A stretch of DNA of 63,787 nucleotides, filler included, from Octopus bimaculoides (GCF_001194135.2; 4 parts of 4 records of this genome joined end to end with filler, not necessarily neighbours in it), one strand, 5' to 3'. Shown: positions 46,971-60,695, counted from the whole stretch's first letter. Made by a program: numbers and translations. Notes: a model not told the origin generated them from the sequence alone.

Positions 46971-48224
46971 TTAGGTTGGCAACTAAGTTCCCGCCGTTTT
47001 TTTTAATTTAAAGTTTTTAAAAGCTTTAATAAAAAATAACTAATTAATCAATAATGTATTCACCTTTGTTGTTTACAACTTCTTCCCAACGTTCAACAAA
47101 ATTTTCAATACCTCGTTGGTAGAAATCACCCGATTTCAACTTGAAAAATTGATCCAATCAAGCTCTCAATTCTGCATCAATATTGAACGAAACTCTGCAC
47201 ATAGCATTTGAAAGAGATCGAAAGAGGTGGAAATCCATTGGTGCCAAATCAGGAGAGTACGGCAGGTGTGGCAGCACTTCCCAGCCATGCATTTGAATGA
47301 TTTCTTTGGTCATATTGGCGATATGAGGGCGGGCGTTGTTGTGCAGCAGAAGAACTCCATGCTTCCGATTAGGTCATTTCTCTTGAATAGCCATGTTGAG
47401 TCATTCCATCTGTTGAACATAGAGTACCGCATTGACCATTTGGTTCCGTTCAAGCAATGTGTAATGGATAATCCCGTTCCAGTCCCACCGTATGCACAAC
47501 ATCGTTTTATGCAAATACGTGTGGTGTCGCTTGTTTACCAGGGCTAAGCCATTCCTTACACTGCTTCATATTGATGTACAGGCACCATTTTTCGTCACCA
47601 TTAATGATTTGGTAAAGAAATCGTTGCTTGTGTCCATGAGTTGAGCAGTGATGAGCAAGCAAACCAGCAGAGATCGTGGCTCGTTGATTTTTGTTGTTGT
47701 CACCTAGAGCATGCGGAACCCATTCTCCATACTTCTGAACCTTTCCCATCGAGTGAAGATGCTTCTCTATAGCAGTGTGGGAACATTCTATTTTCTCTGC
47801 CAGTTCCCTTGTCGTTTGATGAGAATTTTCATGCAAAAGTTGGTTTAATCGCTCTTCATCGAACTCAACTGGACGGCCAGAACATGGTGCGTATTTGAGG
47901 TCAAAATTTCCATTTTTGAACTTGGCATACCAATCACGAGTGGTTCTTTCAGCTATGGCACCCTCTCTATACACAGCACAAATGTCGCAAGCAGCTTTTG
48001 CGGCCTTAGAACCTTGATTAAAAGCAAAAAGAAAGAGGTGTCAAAAATGCTTGTTTTTCTTAACTTGAAATTCCATTTTAATGATCTGAAAATAGACAAA
48101 AATTAACTAAAATTAAACTATAAAAAAAAACAAGATAGATTCCAAAATGATTCAAAAATAGAATTCTTGAAAAAAATAAATTCCAAAATTTAAAAAAACA
48201 GCGGGAACTTAGTTGCCAACCCAA
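46971..48224 (-). mobile_element. Full-length mariner (DD34D) transposon, 1254 bp, inactivated
   Basis: TIRs are ttaggttggcaactaagttcccgccg and cagcgggaacttagttgccaacccaa. TA duplications are at 46969-46970 and 48225-48226. Confidence 0.95.
47044..48076 (-). pseudogene. mariner transposase pseudogene
   Basis: MEFQVKKNKHF*HLFL..., WVPHAL, NGDEKW, LHNNARPH (catalytic D changed to N) and YSPDLAPMDFHLF. There is an early stop plus frameshifts. Confidence 0.92.
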
Positions 48225-49083
48225 TAGATACCATCAGCAAGGTTGGCAGTAGATTCAGTGTGAAATTTAGTGAACAGGGGCTGTCTATCAGGGCCCTATT
48301 CTCAGCCCCACTACTAGTTCATCAGATTTTAAGATTTTAAGACCAGCTGTCTGTGGGAATTCTTGCATGTCTATGATCTACTTTTCATAGCTGAATTTGT
48401 TGAAGATTTAGAAAATGAATTCCCAAGTTGGAAACAAAGCCTAGAATTGAGAGGCCTCAAAAGAAATCTAACAAATAGAAGAAAAGGAAAGAGGTGTCTT
48501 TTGTCAACTGGAAAGTAATCATGGTTGCAGAAAATGAACAACAATTTCATATGGGACATCCAATATAAATATGCATGCACAATGGTAGCACAGGCAGGCT
48601 GATGGAGAAGTTAGTTATATGTAGCATATGCACAGGATTAGTTAACAGTCAGTTTATTTGAGAAATGATTTCTTTCAAATTCTTAGGATGTTCTATGGAA
48701 GTCACTTCTAAGCTTTTCTTACCCATGTCACCTAATTAGTAGTGGTACCGGTTGCTCTGAAAGCATATTAACAAGGATTAGAGCATGGGGGTAAAGTTCA
48801 GGTCGTTCTTACCTCTGCTAGCAACAATAGGATTCTCTCTTATGTAGTATAGAGTATGATGCTCATGCATGATGCAAACAACTCGACCACATAGGCTCTT
48901 CCTGAGAATGAATAGATCATCATCATCGTCTGCATCATCATCATCTTTTAATGTCTTCTCCATGCTGTCATAGATTGGATGGTTTGACTAGAACTGGCAA
49001 GCCAGAGAGCTGCACCAAGTTCCAGTCAGATTTGGTTTAATCTCTACAGCTGGGTACCCTCCTTAATGCCAATGTGTGTATAC

Positions 49084-49157
<74 letters not shown>

Positions 49158-49869
49158 GATAGCTTAGAAGCCACCCTATCAGGTGGCTTTTAAGTTAGCT
49201 CCTGTGGAGGGCTTTCATTGGGCCTTGGGCCCAACAATGACACTTCATGCATTGAGTACATATTAAATTTTATTAAACTTGACCAATATTTTTCATGCTA
49301 TGAACAGTTTTCATCAAAACAATGATATAATTTGTTAACTTTGAACTTATTGCAAAGCTGCATGATATACATTTTTGGTCTTCCCGGTCAAGGATCAGTA
49401 CAGTTTTTCTATTCTATCTAACCTCTCTCTCTCTGTTGATTGTTTTCAACCATCACCATTACCAGTACCACCACCATCGCCACCACAAATGCCATACACA
49501 CACCATTCAGACTTCTGACACCACTACCATCAATACCCTTGACATTGCAGCCTTCCCCTCTTCTACCATCACCATTGTCTTTCACATCACTTACTATCAT
49601 TGTCATCCTTGACTGCCTCGGCTACCATCACCATCATCACCATCACCTCTTCCCCTGTCACAACTACAGCTCATACTATTACTATCATCCCATTACCTTC
49701 ACAACTGTCAATCTACTCCCACCCTCACCATCTTCATGCCTACAATTACTCTCACCGCAGCAGGAGGAATAGCAGAAGTGTCATTGAATAGTGAGAGAGG
49801 GTCAAAGTGTGACTCACTGACACACAGAAATTCATTTTGGCATTTATTATTATATATATATATATATAT

Positions 49870-50015
49870 TGGCTATGTGGTAAGTAGCTTGCTTACCATT
49901 CACCTGGTTCCAAGTTCAGTCCCACTGTGTGGCACCTTGAATGAGTGTCTTCTACTGTAGCCTCGGGCCAACCAAACCCTTGTGAGTGAATTAAGCAGAA
50001 ACTGAAAGCAGCCCA
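49870..50015 (+). mobile_element. tRNA-derived SINE family C (ggctgtgtggtaag...gttcagtcccactg...ccttgggcaagtgtcttctact...), representative copy
   Basis: More than 15 copies occur, for example about 968-1120 (-), 26815-26965 (-), 39225-39380 (-), 41445-41600, 43225-43385, 57445-57605 and 59318-59470. The ccttgggcaagt segment resembles the CORE domain. Confidence 0.8.
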
Positions 50016-50055
<40 letters not shown>

Positions 50056-50677
50056 GTGTGTGTGTGTGTATATTTGCCCCCCCCCCCTCATCACGTGACA
50101 ACCAATGTTGGTGTGTTTACGTTCCCGTAACTTAGCGGTTCGGCAAAAGAAGTTGATAGAATAAGTACTAGGCTTACAAAGAATTAGTCCTGAGATCAGT
50201 TTGTTCGACTAAAAGTGGTGCTCCAACATGGCCACAGTCAAATGACTGAAACAAATAAAAGAATACATACACACACACACACATATATANNNNNNNNNNN
50301 NNNNNNNNNNNNNNNNNNNNNNNNNNNNNNNNNNNNNNNNNNNNNNNNNNNNNNNNNNNNNNNNNNNNNNNNNNNNNNNNNNNNNNNNNNNNNNNNNNNN
50401 NNNNNNNNNNNNNNNNNNNNNNNNNNNNNNNNNNNNNNNNNNNNNNNNNNNNNNNNNNNNNNNNNNNNNNNNNNNNNNNNNNNNNNNNNNNNNNTATAGG
50501 ATGTTTTAATATAATTCTTCTTCCATCACAAAAATATATACTCCATGACACCTCTTTTTAAACATAACCATTATAAGCTAATGAGGGATCCTCTATGTTG
50601 TACTTCACCTATCAGAAATAGTTGTCATATCTCCCTCAGTGTACATGCTACCTTTTTTTTTTTTAATTAAATAAATG

Positions 50678-51045
50678 TTGGCACTCCATCGCTTACGACG
50701 TCGAGGGTTCCAGTTGATCCGGTCAACAGAACAGCCTGCTCGTGAAATTAACGTGCAAGTGGCTGAGCACTCCACACACGTGTACTCTTAACATAGTTCT
50801 CGGGAATATTCAGCGTGACACAAGGCTGACCCTTTGAATTACAGGCACAACAGAAACAGGAAATAAGAGTGAGAGAAAGTTGTGGTGGAAGAGTACAGCA
50901 GGGTTTGCCACCATCCACTGCCGGAGCCTTGTGGAGCTTTTGTTGTTTTCGCTCAATAAACACTCACAACGCCCGGTCTGGGAATCGAAACCGCGATCCT
51001 ATGACCGCGAGTTCGCTGCCCTAACCACTGGGCCATTGCGCCTCC
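50678..51045 (-). mobile_element. tRNA-derived SINE family D, inverted copy
   Basis: Reverse-complement match to 9982-10352 along almost its full length. Confidence 0.85.
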
Positions 51046-54000
51046 ACAATTAAATAAATTAAATGCGTAGGCAAATGTAGTTTGTACTGTATCAAAAGAG
51101 ATAAAAAAGAAAAAAAGGACCGGATGAAGTCATAACTCCATTGCTTTTAATGATAGGTCTGCTTGAACAGAACTAACAGAGGTCAAAGCAACACCTTAAC
51201 CATCACTTCTACTTCACTTCCCTATAACACCCTCACTGCATCCTCTTACTAGATCTGTCAAATACCACCCTTGCAGCTTGTATTACCCTGAAACTCCATG
51301 CTGTTCACACTTTTACCACTAAACATATTCATCCACTTCCAATCCCAACTCTATCCCTAACCAGCTTTATAGGGGTCACAATTTTTCTCCTTCTTCCTTT
51401 CTCTTTACAATTGTAAAGAGAAAATAATGAATCAGCTACAGAAAATGTTTCTAGTTTTATTTGTATTTGGTTTTATTGTTATGAGACACCCAAATTTAGA
51501 CCAGCTTATTTTACAGCTCATTATCGTTTCCTTTTTCTGAATCATTATTCAAGATTGATTATTCATCTTTACAGCAGTAATAGACTTTTTATTTTATTTT
51601 ATTTTTATTTTATAAATCTGGGAATATACAGTATGTAAGGCCAACACGTTTGTCAGGATTCTTTTGTAGTATATGAGCTGATATTGTTGTGTTAGTTAAA
51701 AAGTTTGTTTTATAATCTTGTAGTTATAGGTTCAATCCTACTGTTTGTTGCCATACCCAAGTGTCTTCTGCTGCAACCTTAGGTTGATCAATGCCTTGTA
51801 ATTCAAATTTGGCTAGAAACTGTAGAAGTTCTTCATGTGTGTGTGTGTGTATTTATACATACATACATACATAGCTGGCTGGCTATGTGATTAAGGTCAT
51901 TTTGCGACCACCTGGTTTTTCAGGTTCATTCCCATTGGGCAGCACCTTGAGCAAGCCTCTTCTCGTGCTCCAAGTCAATCAATGCCTTGTCAGTGAATTT
52001 GATAGATAGAAACTGTATTAAACTTCTATATTTATTTATTCTCAAACAAGAATATCGTTGACAGTGACTCCAAAGTTTTGACCATTTAAACTATTGTTAG
52101 ATGATGGCGTAACTGGCCCAAACTTTGAAGTCACTGTCAACAATATTCTTGTTTAAGAATAATAAATCTGTACTCTACAAAAGTATAGAGTGACCCATCA
52201 GATTAATGTAAAACTGCTTCTATTATAACTGAACATAAAAAACAAACATTAACCTACTATGCATGTAACTATCTATCTGTGAGTCTGTATGTACACATCT
52301 ACATATATCAGTATGTGTGTGTATGTGAATGTTAATATTTCACTTATCACTGGCTGAATGAATTGGTACTGGTATTGTCATTATGAGCAGTTAGTCTGTT
52401 CTTTTAAAGACCTATATTAGAACCCCTAAATCCCTTATCTGAAAAATAAGTAAGAGTTGGCTACATGAAGATCATCCACCTGTAAAATCTTGCCTTGAAA
52501 TTAGTTCCCATTCATGTCATGCTTGCATAGAAGAAAGTGGATGTTAAATAAAGAAGTAAATGATTTATAGTATATTTAAGCTACTTGTTCAGACAAATCA
52601 CACTGGACCTAGTTTGACTTGTTTGAAGAAGCAGCTACACACTTTAGAAACTCCAGAGTAACAGGCCGCTAGCTTAAATAAACTACTACATATACTCTTA
52701 CATTTGTTTTGAGTATTCTTTTTCCATATCATTACCCAATAATGGATATACATCCTCATCATCATTTAACATCCATTTTTCTAAGTATGCAGGGGTCATA
52801 TAGTATTCTTTGAGGCAGATTTGCTGCAGCTAGATGTCCTTCCTGTTACTAACCCTCACCTGTTTCCAGTCAAAGTAATATTTTTTTCATGGCCAGGTAT
52901 GTTTTTCATAGAAAGCAAGAAATGAACAGCATCAATTGTATGACTACAATGCTCATTTCAAACATCCTCTAATGTCTAGACAAAGGTGCACACATTCACA
53001 ATTAACTTTCTGTTCCTCTCTACCACATCCACTCACAAGACTATCATAGGCCTGAGGCTTGAGTGTAATTTGTAAACAGGAGCAGTACAGAATTTTGTTG
53101 TGTATTTCTCTCTCTTTGTATATATATATGTTTTCACACACACACATCTATATGTATTTCTGTTTGTATTGTGAAATTGTTTATATACTGCATAAAACAA
53201 TGTCATCACATAGTAGGCAGTGATAGTATACATCTGCTGCAAAAAAAAAAAAAAAATTCATTTCTTGTGTGGTTCATCATTTGAAAGTTCTGAGGAATAA
53301 GTGCTTGAAAACAAATAAGAGTTGGTGATAGGAAGAACACCTGACTGTGGATTATTGCCCATATCTCATCCAACTTGTTAGTATGGGGCAAGGGTGGGCT
53401 AGAAAAAAAAAACATTAAAAATGATAATTTGGAAGTTTTGCTGTTCTGTTCATTAATTTGTTTTATTTAATAGATTTCAGTCAATATATATTCTGTCTGA
53501 GAAGGCTTGATGTTTTATATATCTATGTTCTTTAAATCATTGACCTTATTAAGAAATTTTAATAATCTGTTTAAGTTGATATTGGCATTATTTTCTATGG
53601 TTACAGAAACAAAAGAGACTGCCAAGAAAATAGAACACAACTAGTTTATAGTATCTATAAACTATCTTTACAAATAATTTATAATACCATACTGTCCTCA
53701 ATTTCAATTCCTCCATTGTTTTTTCCATGGTTGATATTGACATCCTTACTTAATAAAATAAGTACTAGTTAGACACTCGGGATACTTTGTACATATTCAC
53801 AGCTATGTTTTCCACAGAAGGCTGGAAATAAACAGCATCAATTGTATGACCACAATGCTCATTCCAACCATCCTCTGATGCCGAGACAAAGCTGTGTACA
53901 ACAACAACATACACACACACACACGATTAACTTTCAGTTCCTCTCTACCATATCCACTCACAAGACTATCATTTCTCCATATACTTTGAAACCATTTCTT

Positions 54001-54169
54001 ACGCCATGACTGAATGATCAAAGACAAAACAACCCCTTTATTCAATGATATACCCTTTATATAAGTATTGACTTAGTTATTTGGTTGTGGCTGCTGCTCC
54101 GGTGGACCAGAAGGCATGAGTGTTGAGAAGCAGTAAAGCAACACACAGATGGTGTTTCCAAATCTCTTC

Positions 54170-54221
<52 letters not shown>

Positions 54222-55831
54222 TGGCGTCAGGAAGGGCATCCAGCTGTAGAAACTCTGCCAAATTTAGATTGGGGCCTGATGTTGCCATCCGGTTTCACCA
54301 GTCCTCAGTCAAGTTGTCCAACCCATGCTAGCATGGAAAGCGGACGTTAAACGATGATGATGATGATATATATATATATATACCCACATATATNNNNNNN
54401 NNNNNNNNNNNNNNNNNNNNNNNNNNNNNNNNNNNNNNNNNNNNNNNNNNNNNNNNNNNNNNNNNNNNNNNNNNNNNNNNNNNNNNNNNNCACACACACA
54501 TATGAGATCTAGTTAAAGATTTTAGTGGAGGCACGTGGCTTAGTGGTTAGGGTGTCAGCACCATGATCATAAGATTGTGGTTTTGATTCCTGGACTGGGT
54601 GACGTGTTGTGTTCTTGAGCAAAACACTTCATTTCACGTTGCTCCAGTCCACTCAGCTGGCAAAAATGTGTAACGCTACGATGGACTGGCGTCCCGTCCA
54701 GCTGGGGAACACATATGCCATTGAAACCGGGAAACCGGGCCAGGCTTTAAAAGGGCGCATTTATTATTATTTTTTTATTGGGTTGTGGTCATGCTGGAGC
54801 ACTGTCTTCAAAGCAATCGATCTTAGTGCTTTCTCTGAAGGAGGAAAGTTGACCTGAATGTTATTTGAACTCATGACATAAAGAAGCATAACCAAATACT
54901 TCAAGGTATTTGGTCTACCTATTCTGCCAAACCACAACTTCAGGTTTTTGTTAAGGACCACAGTTAATTTGGTGACTTACCTTAGCACATCTTTCTATAA
55001 AGATCTAATCTTTTCTGAAACATACTCGCTCGTCTTTACTCTTATGTCTTACAAATGGCTGTAGAATTTATGGTTTATGTTTGGGGAACACAGGAATTTG
55101 AATTGTATTAGAACGTTGTTGTTTAGCCCCAAATTTGACCTCATTAAACAGACCTTTGATCACAGGCAATCCATCCATGCTCATTTTGCCTTTATTCATA
55201 TATAGTGTAATAGTGACGCTATTATCTTTTCTGAGTTAGTAGGACGTAATACGAAGATTTGACTCTTATTTCTAGCTGATCAAACAACCCTGTTGACGCT
55301 CCCACATTGTCTTAACCATTAGGTGTTGTGTATTTGTGACTAATTTATTGTTGTGTGTGTGTATTTTTATTTCCTTTTTCATTTATGGGTCATTATCGTC
55401 ATTGTTTAATATCCATTATCCATTCTGACATGGGTTGGACAGTTTGACAGGAACCAATGAGCCAGAAGACTTGGCTCCAATGTCTGTATGTATGACTATA
55501 TATATGACTGTATATGTGACTAACGTATGTTTTGTAAATATGTGTGTGCATAACTAATTTATGTTAGTAGGTGTGTGTGGACAATGTATGTTTGTAGATA
55601 TGTCTTTTACTTGTTTCAGTCAGTAGATTGTGTCCATGCTAGGGCACTGCCTTGAAGAATTTTAGTACAACCAATCAACCGCAGTACTTATTTTTTAAGC
55701 CTGGTGCTTATTCTGTTGGTCTCCTTTTCTGAACTGCTAAGTTACAGGCATATAAACACACCAACACTGGTTGCCAAGCAGTGGTGGAGGACAGACAAAG
55801 ACGCACACACATAGATACACACATGCATGTG

Positions 55832-55882
<51 letters not shown>

Positions 55883-55887
<5 letters not shown>

Positions 55888-56006
55888 GCAATAAGAAAAT
55901 GGAGGGGAATATATGGTACTCATCAACAAACAAGTTACTTAACATAGTACAGTGTCTGCAAGTTGATGAGTACCACATATTCCCCTCCATTTTCTTATTG
56001 CTATAT
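55883..56006. repeat. 45-bp inverted repeat with a 34-nt spacer (small MITE-like foldback)
   Basis: Arms 55883-55927 and 55962-56006 have one mismatch. The ends are in a TA context. Confidence 0.92.
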
Positions 56007-56174
56007 AAATTTAGGGTAAAACCTCCTTTTACTCACACCCACTTATTGCACTTGGTAAAAACACTAGTGTAATAATAATTGGGTACCCTCCCAGCAGTAT
56101 ATTGGATAGGTATTATCCCTTAGTGGGTTGGATTCACAACCCCTAACTCTCTTGGATTATATATATATATATAT

Positions 56175-56274
56175 NNNNNNNNNNNNNNNNNNNNNNNNNN
56201 NNNNNNNNNNNNNNNNNNTTAATTAATTAANNNNNNNNNNNNNNNNNNNNNNNNNNNNNNNNNNNNNNNNNNNN
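56175..56274. other. Artificial 100-bp scaffold-join spacer
   Basis: N44-TTAATTAATTAA-N44. Confidence 0.95.
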
Positions 56275-56437
56275 CCACACATATGATATACATATACACA
56301 TTTCTATGCACTTCTACAAGTATTTCATATACATTATCCATTGACTTATTTGTTTTGTCCTGTGCTATCCATAATGTTTTTTTTAATGTAAAACCTTGTG
56401 GTTAATAAAGAAATCATTATTATTATTATTATTATTA

Positions 56438-56643
56438 TTCAGTAGTTTTATTTTTATAACGTGCTTTCACTTCACTACCGAGCGCAGCTCTGTGCGCCTT
56501 GGGTATGTGCTGTGGTTTGCTGTGGTGCTCGTATGTTTACTGTATTGAAAGTGTTTTGCGTAGAATGTGTGCAGTACCCAGTAGTGCAATTTTCTGTATG
56601 TTATATATATTTGTAAGTCCTGCTATTTTTGTTATGTATTTGC
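56438..56643 (-). mobile_element. R4/Dong-like 3' end next to (ATT)n
   Basis: Highly similar to 6717-6920. It is preceded on the + strand by about 8 ATT units. Confidence 0.8.
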
Positions 56644-57989
56644 CTGAGCTGTCAGAATTATTAGCACACTGGACAAAATGCATAGTGGTATTTCATACAG
56701 CCTTACATTTTGAGTTCAAATTCTGACCAGGTCGACTTTGCCTTTCATCCTTATGAGGTCGATAAAATGAGTACCAGCTGCGACTTGAGGTTGATGTAGT
56801 TGACTTGCTCCTCTCTTCCAAAGTTTCAAACTTTATACCTATAGTACAGTGGTTCCCAACCCTTTTATTTAAATGATTATTCCTACAGACCTCTTTTAAT
56901 ATGCTTATCCTTATGTGTGTATATGTATTCTTTTACTTGTTTCAGTCGTTTGACTGCGGCCATGCTGGGGCACCGCCTTTAGTCAAGCAAATCGACCCCA
57001 GGACTTATTCTTTATAAGCCTAGTACTTATTCTATCGTTCACTTTTGCTGAACAGCTAAGTTATGGAGACGTAAACACACCAGTATCAGTTGTCAAGCGA
57101 TGTNNNNNNNNNNCACACACACACACACACAAGACAGGCTTCTTTCAGTTTCCGTCTACCAAATCCACTCAGAAGGCTTTGGTCGGTCTGAGGCTATAGT
57201 AGAAGACATTTACCCAAGGTGACAAAATTTTGAATTTAGTTCACTGATCTCCAGTAATACCTTTGTGGAACCACTGCTACAGTAGAAGGAGTTATTATTA
57301 TTTTGCCTTCCTGAAATCCCCCCCCCCCCTGTATGTGTGTGTAATTTCAGAATATCATCATTGTTATTGACTTTTGGGTTACTATTATAACCTCAAAATA
57401 AGCTTAACCAATTTTCAAAAATCAACATTATTATGCTTGATATATAGGTGCAGGCGTGGCTATGTGGTAAAAAGCTTGCTTCACAACCACATGGTTCCAG
57501 GTTCAGTCCCACTGGGTGGCACTTTAAGCAGCTGTCTTCTACTAGAGCCTAAGGCTGACCGAAGCCTTGTGAGTGGATTTGGTAGATGGAAACTGAAAGA
57601 AGCCCGTACCGCCTGACTGTGCCGGTGGCACGTAAAGGCACCCACCACACTCTCTGAGTGGTTGGCGTTAGGAAGGGCATCCAGCTGTAGAAACTCTACC
57701 AAATCAGATTGGAGCCTGGTGTAGCCATCTGGTTCACCAGTCCTCAGTCAAATCGTCCAACTCATGCCAGCATGGAAAGTGGACGTTAAACGATGATGAT
57801 GATGATGATGATGATGATATACATGTATATATGGTAAATGAAAGACAGAAGATGGAATATATGAGAATTCATTATTAATCATGACAATTATTTTGACACA
57901 TCTAGCATTGATCCCTCTCTGTCCTCTATCAGTTGTTTTGTTATTTTTTTGTTTTCGAAGTCACTGCTTTCCTAAGCACGTTGCCTGTA

Positions 57990-58150
57990 GTGCAGATTGC
58001 AAAGTTCACATGTAGGTCAGTCGATTTTGGCAGAAACTGTTCCACTCCAGGCTATGACCTACATTGGTTGAACATGGTCTTGCAATATAAGAAAACATCT
58101 CTGCTTCAAGGTGCTGCTGCTGTTTTCTAGCACGTTGTTCCTCCTAACCT
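57990..58150 (-). pseudogene. Possible RTE LINE ORF C-terminal relic
   Basis: The minus strand reads EEQRARKQQQHLEAEMFSYIARPCSTNVGHS, resembling the RTE-type basic stretch and decayed C2H2-like tail. Confidence 0.4.
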
Positions 58151-58980
58151 TTGGTTCCGATTTCTAAATAGGGAGACTTGGCTATTTGAGAGTTTAGGGT
58201 CTTTGTCCTTGCATGGACAAACACTATGTAATGCTGAATACCAGATGCATATTATTTAATATGTTGACTGGATGTTGTTGAGCTTTGGATTAGTCTTGAC
58301 TGATTAGACATATTATTAAAGGCATTCCAGCCATGACCATCAGCTTCTACTGTAGGCTTTTATTATCAAGAAGTTCATTAACCTATATGTTCTGCTTTTT
58401 TCAAAATGATAGGATATAATTTGATGATTTGGTTACTATTTCTAGCATGTTGAGCAGCCATATAAAACTGAGCCAATGAGGGGGGACAGTACATGATCAC
58501 TCATTCTTCTAGAAATAGCATGTAAATTTTTCTCAAATTATACCTGTCCATCTTAAGTAAAAAAAAAATGACTTGTTGGATAATGTAGTCCTGGATATTC
58601 TATATCAAGAAATTGAGGATGATTGGTCACTACTGGAATGCTTGTGACCAGTCAAAATTGACTTGGGGCTAACACTCAGTGGCAACAACATCAATACAGT
58701 TAAAGGAAAAGGAGAAGGACATCACATGATTGGATGAAAGAGAAAGGAGAGACAGAAAGGTAGAGCAAAAGAATGAACTTCATATGTGTTTCTGTGTGCG
58801 TGTGTATGTGTATCACTGACCCATAGAGGCTCCCTCATTATCACATTCAAGACCTTGCCAATTCAGCCATTCATGCTCTTCCTTTTAAAGTCTATTGAAG
58901 TAATAATAATATTGACATAAAGCCAGGCTTGTAAACTTACTGCAACAACAAAACACTACTTATATTGCTATGTCACACGA

Positions 58981-59014
<34 letters not shown>

Positions 59015-60695
59015 CAAAGCAAAGACAACACCTGCATTATTTATCTAGAGTCTATACAACTTGACCTATACAAATATTTATGCATGCATCAGATGGTAAA
59101 TGCTGAAATTTTTATTCAGCCTCTTTAAGTACCCATGGAGAACCATTAGTCAGAGAAAATATAAATGAAGAAATATACGCACGCACACACACACACACAC
59201 ACATTTATAAACAATCCATACCAGTATGGAAAGAGCATGTAAAATGATAATGGTAATGATGGAAAAGTGGATGTTAAAATGATGGTGATGATGATGATAT
59301 ATATATGTGTGTATATAGGTGTGGGCATGTGGTAAAAAGCTTGCTTCCCAACCACATGGTTCCAGGTTCGTCCCACTGCATAGTGACTTGGGTAAGTGTC
59401 ATCTGCTATAGCCTCGGGCTGACCTAAGCCTTGTAAGTGGATTTTCTAGACAAAAACTGAAAGAAGCCTGTTGTTATAGTCTGGATTTAATATCTGTAGA
59501 TTTTTCATTAGTTTGATATAGTTGTTTTGTTTTTCTTTTTGACATTTGCTGGACATCTGGTTTCTGGTTACTGTTCATGCTTTCTTTTTTCTGACCCAGG
59601 TCATTATGTCTGGTTTGTTGTGCCTACATTTTAAAGACGCTTTGAAATGAACAATCAACCAGTATTTTTTCATATTATAGGTGAATATGGCCTCTATATC
59701 ACTGTGACATCTTATATCTTCAAGACTATCTTTTCTTTGAATTGCATCATATGAGGTGTTGGCCACTACATCATGTCTCATAGCTAGATTGTATTGCAAT
59801 AGTATTGTTAGACAGCTGCTAAAGTTGTGGGTTAAAACTTTGGTATTAATTCTACAGATAGTATTGATCCTTCCATCTAAGTATTTTATTTCCTTCCATA
59901 TGTTTTTTTGTGCATGAAGTGTTTTGTTTGTTTTCCTATTATATCATCATCACCATCACCACCACCTCATCGTTGATGCTCTTGTAGGGTCCACTTTTAC
60001 AGATTTTCTCTGGCTAGATGCTCTTCCTATCACCAACATTCATTTGTTGCAAAGCAAACTAATATTTCTCATAACCAGACATATTTTTCAAGGAAAATTG
60101 GAAAACAAACAACACAAGCTTGTGTGAAGATGACTCTTGCTTACAACTATCATGCAGTAACAAGACAAAAGAACACATATTCACATCCATATGCACACAC
60201 ACATACACACTCACATGATGGCCTTCTTTCAATTTCCATCTACCAAATCCACTCACAAGGTCAGCTTGGAGCTACAGTAGAAAACACTTGCCCTAACTGC
60301 TATGCAATGGGACTGAACTTAAAACAACATGGTCAGGAAGCAAACTTCTTAACCATGCTTGTACCCATAATATCATCATCATCATCATCATCATTTAACG
60401 TCTGTCTTTCATGCTGGCATGGGTTGGACATACACACACACACACAAACACACATATGAATTTATATAATCTGGTGGTAATCAAAAAAAAGCTCCTTTAG
60501 TGTACCTGACTACAAGCCTCATTGTAAACCAATACATAGGAGTGTAATGTAGAGTCCTATGTAGTTGAAATTCAGTAAATTCTGTCAGTGAAGATTATTT
60601 CATGAGGAGTATATAGAACATAAAGAAAGTTAGGCGGTATGAGATGAATATATTTATTTCACCAGTTGATATCCATATAAATATACTTATCCCAT

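Larger units (their letters stand above)
46880..48900 (+). pseudogene. Decayed RTE-clade LINE RT interrupted by the mariner
   Basis: RKLGIDEWLVRAM lies before the mariner. YQGPILSPLL, FKTSCLWEFLHVYDLLFIAE...WKQSLELRGL and GCSESILTRIRAWGKFR..LPLL lie after it. Confidence 0.8.

Noticed and set aside
57933-58130. + strand ORF (VTAFLSTLPVVQ...) as a continuation of UNC79
   Set aside because: The resemblance is only superficial and there is no good splice pair. The minus strand fits a LINE C-terminus better.
59575-59799. 74-aa minus-strand ORF as an exon
   Set aside because: It has no recognisable motif and a weak acceptor. The length is compatible with chance.
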